A DNA stretch of 64,000 nt from Oculina patagonica (Eukaryota). The stretch covers positions 24,862,001 through 24,926,000 of the forward strand of contig NC_135769.1 of NCBI RefSeq assembly GCF_052425735.1, written 5' to 3'. A model generated the notes under the pieces. It ran no database searches, had not been told where the DNA came from, and worked only from the letters and a program-made list of their open reading frames with translations. Below are positions 37,101 through 48,800 of the stretch, piece by piece (positions within the stretch are counted from its first letter, which is position 1; the number at the start of each line of letters is the position of its first letter). Both the position numbers and the translations under genes were made by a program.

Positions 37101-38930
37101 AAAACGAACTAGCATACCGTAGAATTCCGGTTATAAGCCCTGGGCTTATACAACTTCGTAAGGGGTTTTGGGTGGGCTTATAAATGGAGGGGCTTATATC
37201 CGGGAGGGCGTATAAGAGGAATAAAAAAAATGTTTCGAAACGAGCCACGGGAGTGTTGATTGAAATACGTTTTTAAGTTAAAAACGCATAATAAAGCAAT
37301 ATTTAGCCCTGTTCAGTACTGTCATCCGACAGAGGGGGGCTTATATCTGGGGGGGTTTATAATCGGATGTATTTTTTTGTTTCCAGGTAGATGGGCCTAT
37401 AACCGGAGGGGCTTATAAGCGGGGGGTGGGGGGGGGGGCTTATAACCGGAATTTTACGGCATAAGATGCCGGAAAACCTTAGCAAATTTTTTTATCAATA
37501 GTGACAGTCAAGTCCTGTTGTTACATTGTAGGCACGAGAGACATTAAGAGTGATGATGGAAAGACAAAAGCAGCAGCGACTGGAAACAGCAGACAAACTG
37601 AACAAGTATTGTGTTTGATTTCAATTAGATAGATATGAGAAGTAGTCTGAGAAAAATCTCGAAAAACTAATTACTAGTATCTGAAAGAAATTGATTTCTC
37701 CGATTGAAGTGAACATCACCTATTTTTCAGCTGCCATGGAGCAGAACTGTGTAAAACTAAGTGTTTTTTTTGGATCATATCTTTGTCAAACAAAGACTGC
37801 ATTTTCTATTTTTCACAGTATTATTTTGTGTTCTTAGAACTCCAAGAGATGTTCACTGTAACTGCCTGTTCATTACAAAATGCCAGCAAGTAACAACAGT
37901 TCATTGGTTTCCGTGGATGATTTCTTTGACGGTGTGGATAGATGGGAGGGGGGGGGGGGGTGCCATGTAGAAGGCATCTTAGATGGTGGGCTTATTTTGA
38001 AGTTGGAAATTAATTTGCCTTAAAGTTACTTCAATACAAATGTTTTTCTGTTCATAGTTTGTCAGAGGGCAGGGACTTGATAGACAGTGGGGCTTATTAA
38101 AAACTTGGGGGATCATCATGAAGGGGGCATTTCATAGAGAGGGATGGCTTAATGAAGCATTTTTGGTAGATACATATCAATATTGACATATAATTATTTA
38201 TTTCTTGCCACAGACACTTGGACAGAGTAGTGGCAATGCTTCAGTCTTGTTTATCCTCATTACAGATAGCCACCAGGCAACAAGACAATTCATTTGAACA
38301 AATGCAGGTACACTGCAGTTTTGTTTTTTTGGCTAAAGATTCAAAGAAAATGCCTACATTACGTTTAGTACAGGGAAGTAAAATACATGCAGATCATACT
38401 CTAGCAAGGTGAAAAAGGTATTAGATACAAAGGAAAAAGGTTTGGGAGCATGCTGATGCGTGGATGGATTTTTTTTTCCCTTGGGAAAGAGACCAAAACA
38501 GTAGAGGGGCAACTTTACTGCCCTCTTCCCATAATTTAAAGGTATTGGGTTAACGCTCCCGCCAGGCTTTTCCTATTAAGATTAGGTAGAAGGGTCCAGA
38601 CTGCTTCCCACCGCCAACATGAATGGGGTAGCCGCAGGAGGGTCCATCTGCCACCTATAACAGATGCATGTGCTCCCTGCAACATGGGCTTGCTATACAG
38701 CTGGTGATGTAAAAATGTAGGCTAGCACAATTATTATTTTTCCTATGATGGTCTTTAATTATTTGTCTTCTATACTACAGTACAGTAAATGTTTCTTGTT
38801 ACCCTAGTTTGAAATTGAGTTTGTGCTGTCTAACTCTCAGGTTGATGAGTCAAATAAGCACACAGAAGATGACGAGCAGTTTAGCAGAGAAGATGAAATA
38901 ATGTGCAGTGCCTTGGAAGAGATCTCCTAG
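31179..38930 (+). CDS. MED7: Mediator subunit 7, 7 exons, about 216 aa
   Basis: Exons 31179-31325, 31476-31548, 35573-35667, 36534-36611, 37532-37605, 38214-38307, 38841-38930 with consistent phases. Motifs [62 protein letters not shown]. Confidence 0.95.
31618..32518. mobile_element. hAT-like MITE with 5-bp TSD ATTGA
   Basis: caggggcggatccagg / cctggatccgcccctg. Confidence 0.8.
32692..33448. mobile_element. Tc1/pogo-type MITE
   Basis: ta|cagtcaactctc...gagagttgactg|ta. Confidence 0.8.
34613..35092. mobile_element. Tc1/pogo-type MITE
   Basis: ta|cagtcgaagctctc...gagagcttcgactg|ta. Confidence 0.85.
35290..35475 (-). mobile_element. RTE-clade LINE 3' fragment
   Basis: [20 protein letters not shown]...[23 protein letters not shown]. 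Confidence 0.75.
35880..36368 (+). mobile_element. LINE 3' fragment with AATAAA and (CTAC)n tail
   Basis: YDLRG...[14 protein letters not shown]...FKK peptide followed by the tail at 36336-36368. Confidence 0.7.
37117..37459. mobile_element. MITE, with a second copy at about 43167-43500
   Basis: ccgtagaattccggttataagccc / gggcttataaccggaattttacgg; near-identical interior in a COX11 intron. Confidence 0.8.
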
Positions 38931-40734
38931 CCATAGTTTCTTCATTAGAACTCTCCACAGTGTTACACACTAGCTATTTTAAAACAATTATTAAAAAAAA
39001 CTGCTTGACTATTTTTAAAAATACTCGACAAGCACAGTAAGCTTTTTAATAAAAATTAAAATGGGCTTAAAGCACAGCCTCCATTACATAATATTATGTA
39101 ATATAAGGTCCTTGTTTTGTAAAGAGAAAAAGTCACACAGAGATTATTGAAATAATGCGTGTCATAAGGTTTGTGCCAGTGTATCATCCATGGACTGATG
39201 ACCAGTGTATCATCCATGGACTGATGACCTGTTGGCAGATCCAGACCTTGAACAAAGGAGGGGCCCCTTTTATGTGTGTACACCCCAAAAAATTTTCGCA
39301 GAAGGAGTCTTTGAAAAAAAAATAATGATTAACTTTAACCAGAAATAAGGATGGCCCAGGGGCCCCCAGGCCCCTCCCCCAGATCTGCCACTGGTAACAT
39401 AAATTGAATTTTGTATTGTAGGTGATGTTGTTGGCACCAATGCCTAATGTCAGTCTGGCAATTCGTACAACACCTTACATGACATTTCATTCTCATTACT
39501 CCCTTGTTCTCATTCTTTCTTGCACCTGACATTCAGGGTAACATTAGTTGAAAAGCAATGACCAGACAACAATGTGGCATGGTTTGAAAATCAGATCGGT
39601 GACATTGATTGCCTTGGTAGGGCTTCAGAGCATATAAAAATTCCGGGGCCCAGTTGTTCAAAGGGTGGATAATGCTATTCACCGAATAAATTGCTATCCA
39701 GTGTATAACTATCATACAAAACCTATCTTTGTTATCCACCTGATAGTGTTTTATCCGGTGGACAACGTTATCCACTTTTTGAACAACTGCAGCCAGTATC
39801 ATATGTATTTATGAAATAAAGAAATATTTTGTATTGACATTTTTTTGTAAGTGTAACTATTGAACAATGAAGTTTTAAGTGTTAGGAAAAAAGAGAGAAA
39901 GAAAAGAGCCATTTCATTTTAATGATCAATCCATAGGGTGAAATATAAATATTTATAATCCTATTGCCATGTTTATGTATAGATCTCTTGTACATTCTTT
40001 TGTACATAAAAGTTGTAAATAAACTGGTATCAAAAACTGTAGAATTGGGTATTTGGTTTGCTGTAGGGATTGATATCAAAATTTGATGAATGTCATGCAT
40101 GGAGATGTATACAGGATTTGTTTTGCGTTGAAAGTGTTCATCACATTTTTTTGCTTCAAAGGGGAGGACAGCAAAAAGAATATGGTCTGTAGGGGGGGGG
40201 GGGGTAAGTGTTATGAGGGCAACTGTAATAGTAAGATATCTTGTAAGAATGCCCAAAATAACATTCCTAAAGGTTCTGAAATGTACCCTGATACATTCTT
40301 TAGTCACAAGACTTGACAACGTTTGAGTTAACTTTTTTATTGTTTTTTTTTTTTTTGGGGGGGGGGGGGCATTGGAAAAAATTGGATTTTGAGTGAGTTG
40401 CAGGTCAAAAAATCTATTGAAGAGGTGACTACCTATCAAATCCCACCAGCGCCTCCCCCTCCCCCCCATCCATATACCCCATAAAAAATGAACGGTCCCT
40501 AAAGTGGCCCACAAGGACTTGTTAAATGGCCCAAGTTTCGCGGTCAAGTCATTGCGCCACTTCGCCCTCCACTCCCAGCGCTAAAATTAAAATGTTCTCG
40601 ACCCAGTCTCCTCTGTCCTAAAGAAGCTAAAATGCAAGATGGCGGACGTGCGAGTGCGTCGATCGTGAAAATTGCCAAAAAAGACGACAATTCAAGTTGA
40701 TCGCGTGTAAAGATTGTTTTGTTAAGCAGGTTTT

Positions 40735-43700
40735 ATGATGCTTTGGTCGCTTTTTCGAACTGCCACTCAGAGGGGGTTTTCTTCGATTCCTCTGTGTCGC
40801 CTTCAGAGCTCAAGGTTATGTAAGATTTCAAGTGAACGTTTTTATGGCATTTCAAGTCACTTTTGGTATGGCTCACAGCGAAGGATAATTTGCAGTAGAT
40901 GCTACAAAGAACTGGATATAGCAAAGAGTTTTACCTTACAACAGGCGAGATGTCTAAACAAGTTTTCAAGTTTGTTACCAGTTGTAAGCCGACGTTTTGT
41001 TGGAACTCGCGTGGACTCGCAAAGGAAAAGTTATTCAGGCTCTAATATGCGGAACAGAACCACAGCAATCTACATAATAGCCCTAGTACTAACAGTTGTG
41101 GGATTTTCCTACCTTGCTGTACCTCTTTATCGCCTTTACTGTCAGGTTAGTAAGTTGTTGTTCGTGGTGGGCCAGCCATATAAACCAGGACGTAACAAGT
41201 CGATAATTTCGATAGTCGATAAAATTCGATCGTTGTCGATCGAATTCGATACTAATCAATCGACAGATATCGGAAATCGATAAAAGTCGATCACACAATT
41301 TCTTGTGATTATCGACTTTGATCGACTGCGATCGACAAGTATCGGAAATACAAAAAACTGTGGTGTTACGTGGTGTTGCAGTGTTACGGCGGGCTAGCAT
41401 GAAGCTGCATGAAGTTCTTGCCATCATTTCGCAAGGTAATTTAAACATTCAATTCTGTAGTCAGCTGTAATGAATAACAGACGACTTTGTTGTTTAGTTT
41501 TTTATTAAACTTTATTGCCATACGGACGGAATAATACACTTCCATATAAAATTCGTTCGAGCTATAACTGGTTTCGATAGTGCTCGGTATTTGCCGATAA
41601 TTGTCACTGAATTGTCAATCGACAAGTTTAATTTGTCGATAAAGGTCGATAATCAGTTGAAAAACTTGTGATTATCGACTTTTATCGACAAATTAAACTT
41701 GTCGATTGACGATTATCGACAAATATCGAGCACTATCGACTTATCGACTACGTTTCCGATGATCGACTTTGATCGACTTGTTACGTCCTGTATAAACTGA
41801 GCTTAACTCTCTCCTTTTCCTACCCTTCACAGGCAATAAATTAAACCTTGTCAGATTGAGAAGTGGTTTATATCCTATGTAGGGTGGGGAAGAGCAGTTC
41901 AGAAAACGGAACTTATGTAATCCCAGCATCCGTCTGGGGAATCATTAGATTATCATCATTATCATTGCTATTGTGCAGTTCCAGAAAATATCCATACCCA
42001 AACAATGGAAGCTCATTGTGTGATTCCAGAAAATGTCCATACTCCCCTACAGAAGGGATTAGAATTTCCTGGGGGTTGGGGGTTTCAGAGACCAAAAACT
42101 TTAAAGGAAGAATTTCCAGAGGGGTAGGGGGTCTTGGGAAAAACCCTTCCGTAGGAGAGGTATGGATAATTTATGGAACTACGTATTGGAAATTTGGCGT
42201 GGGTGGGAGCCTCAAAAGCCAAAGTTTTTAAAAGAAATTATGGAGCTTAGTTGGATAATAATAAAACTTACGTGGAAGGAGTATGGATATTTTCAGGAAC
42301 AACATTTTATAACCATGTAAGTATACTTTTTGCAAGAATCGAGTTCGAACTTGATTTTATATGTGATTCAAGATGGTCTTATGTTGTACAGTTTCTTGGG
42401 TATTAACTTCCCAGCCATGCATTCAAGTGGTCCTGCTCTTTCAGCTTTAGAGAATGGTTGTCGTGGTATAAGAGGAAGGTGTAAAAGTAATATCTGCATT
42501 GTACCTAAACATCTTGGAACTTATCCCAGTTTTTCGTGATGTTTTTAAAATAATCAACTATTTCTACTGCCTTTTGGGATAAAAGTCTGTTACAGGGTAA
42601 CTGCCAGTATTAAAATAGCTGGGTGAAGTGAGGCACTTTGACAGTAAAGTATTGTACCCAAGAACACTAACTTGGGATTTCTGAGAGTGTTAATGGCATC
42701 TATTGTATATTTCCTTTTTTTGTGTGTTTAGGCAACAGGCTTAGGTGGAACAGTGAAGAGAGAAGATGCTGGGGAAAAGATTGAGCAAATGGAAAGAAAG
42801 CCAGAAAGAGACCTTCTTATTAGGTTTAATGCAGATAAAAGTGCATCCATGCAGTGGAACTTCAGGCCTCAGCAAGCTGCTGTCAGGGTAGGCCTTGAGT
42901 GCTAGAAATTATAATATTTCTTTATTATAATTAACTGTACAGTTGAACATTCCATGACAAGACAAGGCTTGGGACCAGAAAAAAGTGGCCATACCACTCA
43001 TGAGAGGTGTCAGCCTACGAATGGATAGACCCAGGAGCGGTTAGTGGGGTGAGGGAAATGCGTAAATACGGGGAAAAAAATTCAGCATTGAATCCATAGT
43101 GAACTTTTTCCTTGTCCAACAAAATCTTGGCGACAGGCAAGATACTGGGCGAACTGGTTTCCATAAAATAAAATTCCGGTTATAAGCCCTGGGCTTATAC
43201 AACTTCGTAAGGGGTTTTGTGTGGGCTTATAACCGGAGGGGCTTATATCCGGGAGGGCTTATAAGCGGAATAAAAAAACGTTGAGAAACGAGCCATGGGA
43301 GTGTTGATCGAAATACGCGTAATAACGCAACATTTAGCCCTGGTTAGTACTGTCATCCGGCACAGGGGGGCTTATACCCGGGGGGGGGGGGATTATAATC
43401 GGATGTATTTTTTTTTGTATCCAGGTAGATGGGCCTATAACTAGGGGGGAAAGGCTTATAAGTGGGGGAGGGGGGGGGTGCTACAACCGGAATTTTATAG
43501 TATAGATTGGGCAGAATAATACAAAGGGAATACAAAAGACTTTTTCTGCCCAATCAGGAGGCAGCATTCAAAGGCAAGACTCTTTCCCCAGGGGAAACTT
43601 TCAATGGCTCCAACTTTTCTATGCTGAATCTTTGTCCCACAGTTTCACATTTCCCTTGCCCCTACTAACTGGCCCTTACAAGGTGTTCATTTTGGTAGGA

Positions 43701-45012
43701 ATTTCTTACTTGGCATGCTTTTGTTTGTTTCAGCTCGTACCAGGGGAAACAGCTCTTGCGTTTTACACAGCTACTAATCCAACTGACGAACCCATAACTG
43801 GAATTTCAACATATAATGTAATTCCATTTGAAGCTGGACAGTATTTTAACAAAATCCAAGTAAGCCAATACAATGCAGTTTGAGTCTTAAATTTGCAGTG
43901 GAAGTCTTGTTGTTTTTATCAGGGGTTGAATTATTAATTTTACCATGGTATGGTCAAGGAGATGAGGGTATTATTTTATAGGCCGATGTTTTTCATTTGT
44001 AAAAATGGTTATTTTAAATACTTATTTTTAAATTCTTATTTTTTAAAACATCTTTAGTTATAAATTCATTTTCATCGAACCAACTCTCCAGTGGCATTTC
44101 AGGAATTTCCAAAGACCTAAGGTCAAAAAAACATCACTGAAAATTCTGTGCTATTGTGCAATTAAAAGAAACAGATTTACTGTTTTAAAGTTATTTACAG
44201 TACTATTATTTCCTTGACAGTGTTTTTGCTTTGAGGAACAGAGACTCAATCCACATGAACAGGTAAGATCAATTTGTTCTCTTATTGGAATGCAACCTAG
44301 CACATACTTTTTAACTGCAAGTTACAGTTCTTATCAGTTTTAAGATTTTTTCAATTCAAGGGTTTTTTTTTTTTTGAAATTTCTTCATGGCCTACTTTTT
44401 ACCATTGCTCATAATTTATTTTTTCTTGACGTTCACAAAAGAGAGTAACCGATGATAAGCCAATGAGAAACCTGCAATCAGAGACGAAGCATGCATGGCT
44501 GGCGTTCAAAGGGGAGGGAGAATAGGATTTCAAGTGCAAAGCAGCGGGGGGGGGGGGGGGGGGGAGGGAGCAGAGGTGCGCGCTCTCCTCGTGCTTTGAG
44601 CTTTGAGCTTTGAGCTTGAACTCCCATTCTCCCTCACCTTTGAATACCTGTCATGCAGGCTACCAGAGGAAACATGAAACTGGCATCATAGGTAAAAAAA
44701 AACAAAAAAACTCTCGTTAAACATCACGTGACTGGTTTGGTCTTACACCTGATTGGCAGAGAAGACAGCAGTTTTGTTCTGACTGGTTTAAAGTCAGATT
44801 TCACGGGCTCACCAACGTACCTTCATAAGTGTGTGCTTTATTGCAGACATTTGGTTGATCTTGGTGTTGTTATTTCTTGGCAGGTTGATATGCCCGTGTT
44901 TTTCTACATTGATCCTGAATTCACCGAGGACCCTGCCATGGCTAAAGTGGACATCATCACTCTCTCGTACACATTTTTCGAGGCTAAAGAAGCCGAGAAG
45001 CTCGGTTTATAG
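40735..45012 (+). CDS. COX11: Cytochrome c oxidase copper chaperone COX11, 5 exons, about 287 aa
   Basis: Exons 40735-41145, 42732-42887, 43734-43859, 44221-44262, 44884-45012. Arg/Ser-rich presequence, TM + SYLAVPLYRLYCQ, PGETALAFY, NKIQCFCFEEQRL, MPVFFYIDP, TLSYTFF. Confidence 0.96.
41186..41790. mobile_element. P-element-like MITE with 7-bp TSD TATAAAC
   Basis: caggacgtaacaagtcgat / atcgacttgttacgtcctg; many ATCGA motifs. Confidence 0.8.
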
Positions 45013-45881
45013 CAGTGTTTATGTGACTGGGCTTGAAAACAAAAACTTCAATTTGATATCCTACCTTACAGACGCTAGTAAAAGGAAAAACAGTGTACCT
45101 CGTCACTTGGAAGGCGTTCTTTTATCAATAAGATTGCTTGCTTATAAGGACCTTGTGCAAAGGAAAGAGAAAATCAAATGCCTGCTAGAGTAGGGAATTT
45201 AAACGCAAAGCAATAATGTCCTTGCTACAATCACATTTTTGATACTGAGAGTCCCGGACATTAATACTCAGAACGCAGGAAAGTTTATTCGCTTAACGCA
45301 CAAAAAACCTTTTATTCCCTACAGTGACAAACAGCTAATTTTTATAACTATTACTGATTTTCTTTTTGCGCAATATTTTAAAAAGTTTATGCTTTAATTC
45401 TAATAAACGGTTTATTAAACCATAGCCATCTGTTAATAAGTTAAGGTGTCAATCATAGAACACAAATGGAAGATTATTGGTACACCTGACCAGAAGTTAC
45501 CTTTATTGGCTTTTTGTCTCTTGCTCGCGAATCCCTCGTCTCTTCCCTCGCGCGCTTCTCATACTCGCGCCCTATATTACTCAGCGCCATAGACTTTTTA
45601 GTAAACTATTAATAAAATGTAATAAGGCGACCATTTTGGAAAACCAGTCAATTTTTTATTTTCACATTTCGCTAAGGTTGACACGATTAAACCTCAGTAC
45701 ATTTTTTTGTTTTCTTAAGCTAATAGACTACGAGAAGTCCTCCTTTTCCCTCACTTCGTCGAACGAGAAGCGAAAAAAAACAACAAGAAAAAAACCAAAA
45801 CAAAATCCGGGAGGTAAAAAAAGCTGCATGCAAGTGCGAGATGCCGGCTGTGATGTTGAAGTTAGTAGAGTGCATATACCA

Positions 45882-48800
45882 TCACGTGATTGTTTTGTAG
45901 TGGAGATGATTGGCTATTCCCGAGTCCCTCTCGTCTTCTGGTCCTTCACCAAATGACACACTAGAAAAGCAACCATTCACAAGTTAGTCCATCGGTTGAC
46001 AAAGACAAGCAAGCATCCTTCCCCAAATTTGGTACAACGGTACTATATTTGTTTATTCTCACCTCTCATAAAGGACGTTTTCTTCTATTTTTGTAACGGA
46101 GAAGCGAGGATTGCAACTAAAACAGATTGAAAAAGAAAGCCAATTTAAAGTTCGAATAAAGTTACAATAATATCGTACATTCTAAAAATAATAATAAAAG
46201 TGTCAAGTTTAAAACACCCTTCCTCCCAAAATATATTTTAACACAACTCACGCCCAAAATACCCACGAAAATTTACGACATTGAAAACACGCTACCAAAA
46301 TCAACGCCTTTTAACCCCAAGAATCCTCCGTTTCACCGTCGTGTCCTTTTTAAACTCGAGTATATATTAATTCCTCTTTTGAACTCTTGTCGAAGCAAAA
46401 AAGACGAAGTTTACCTTTCATACAGTATGTTTTCTGAAGATCTGTCCTCATAACTCTGTGGCTGTGTGCAAACGCTGCAAATATATTAAAAATGAAACAT
46501 TTTTAAATTGTCTCCTACAGGCAAAGACCCAAGTGGACATAAACATACCTATCGTATAAAAGATTTTCTTGTGAAGATGTCTTTTCCATGACTTGCCTGA
46601 AAATAAAAGAAAGAGACCAAAAATTAATTGGTTTGGTCGAGACTAATCTGAAAAATACTGCCAGTAGTGTACTCATGCAGTAGTCTAACGAATCGTTGTC
46701 GGTATAACATTAATTCCATGTTTTTAAAAAAGCTATAGGGAAATGAAACAATAGACATTTACGTTTTCTCCAGTTCAGAATTAATGTTTTATGTAATTCT
46801 GTTTGACGACCACAACTGAAAATTAATTTATTGCAAGCTTGGAGCCAATTAAGTGATTTCATATTTCACGCCAAGTAAAAACCGTAAACCACAGCTCGCA
46901 AAATTCACTTTAAACCCCTTTTAAGGACAAACATCGTACAAACCTGCCAGAAACGAGATCCTCCATGGACAAAGATTTCTCAATATCGCTTGTGCAGGAA
47001 AAACGAAAAGAAAGTTAATGTGCACTAAAGAAATAGAGTTACAGAAGGCAAACGATACGTTGATTCAGTGTTTACCATTTTACTTTATGCGTAGTGTTTT
47101 TAAAGCGCCATGGTTGCAGGTTACTGTGGTTGAAACTATTACAGGAAAATGTGTGTGTGTTTTTTTTTTAAATGGCTAGGTCCCCCTAGCCCCCTCTTTG
47201 CTGACAATAGAAACTGTCGGGATTACCGGTCATCGTACGTCAGGGATCCGATCATGGTACTTTGCCAAATTGACTTCTTAATTTTGTCTTTTCCATTGCA
47301 AACAAGTGACGAAAATGAAGAAAAACATCAACTGGCAGATCTTGTCATGATGTACCACTAAATTTAAAAATGAACATCAAAATAATTGACTGGCAATCAG
47401 TAAAGAGAATTAACATCCTTATGTTAACAATAACAGTGATGTTTAATACTATGTACCTCATGTATACTTTAACATTTGATCCTTTTCGTGGTTTTATGTA
47501 TTTCACTCTGTAAAAAGAACGAAATAAACTGTTCAATCTTTTTTCACTGGCCACAAATATAGGACTGTCCACTCAGTATATTCTGGGTTAAAAAACTAGT
47601 CTGTAAAAAGTTCCTCTGATAATCACTCCCCCACACCGTAAAAAAAAACAAAACAAAACAAAACATCACCATACGTTTATATTGGGCTTCACATAAGTTT
47701 CCTACAGTTATGGCTTCTTTTCTGTGCATAGCGCGTCCTTCAAATTTTTATTTTAAAGTTGTTTCGACGTAAATTGCGTTCATATACAAATGCGTACGTC
47801 TATCCGACATGTCGACACTGAAACAAGCCCAAGTAAAAGCCATTTGATCTCAACTGTTAAACCAGGACATATTAAGTTCAAGTTAGGGTGTGAGAGCTAG
47901 GGTGTGACTCAATCTCGTGCCCAAGGTGCTTTTCCCTGGGCCGAGGTTGAAAAAAGTGATGAGGACTGGGACTGGCAGTTGCAACAACATCTACGGTGGA
48001 CAGGGAGAGATCGTGTTCAATTGTGATGGCCACGTACAGAGCAATTTTATACGCCATGTGGCCGGGAAGGATAGTGTGTTAGTTTATTATCACCTTACCT
48101 TCTTCTGTATAAAACAAACATGGAGATTATTACGCCAAGTAGAACTAAACCACCAACTGCCGTCCCGATCAGGAAATTAGTCCCATGAAACAGTTTACGC
48201 GATGACCTAGCCTCGTTCCCGCGGGGCGGTATACTACTACCAACACTGGATAGGGTAGGGGACTTCGTGCTTGCTGATAACACAACACTCAGCGATGCTG
48301 TAACTTTGGAAACCTGAATCGCCGATGAATAAACAGTAGCAGTCCACAGTCTAGTCTCGCTTTGGTTCCAGCCCCGAGAGGGAGACTGAGCACTAACTAT
48401 ACCAGAAGACACTGCGGTGGGATATGTTATAAAGCTTGATGGAAAGACTGGGCGTGTTATGGGTATAAACGTTGTCGGTTGAGTTGAAACGGTCCTGGCG
48501 GTTGAGTGGTGTGAAACGGAAGTGACAGGCGAGGCTGTAACATTTATAGAAGAAGCACCTAAAAAGGAATTAAAGGGACATGGTCAGCGTTCTTACCGCG
48601 CTGACCTGGACACTAGTTTTCACGTTTTGAAAAAAGACCACTGTGGACTTTTTTTCAAAACAAACCTTCAGAAATCTGCTTCAATCTTCTCAGTGTTTCA
48701 CTAAATGGGAAAATTTAGAAGAAAAAAAAAACACTGAGAAGATTGAAGCAGATTTCTGAAGGTTCTCTACGCGTATTTTGATTTCGGGTTAAGGTGGACT

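Noticed and set aside
39177-39229. 25-bp tandem duplication in the MED7 3' region
   Set aside because: Simple slippage duplication with no supportable function.
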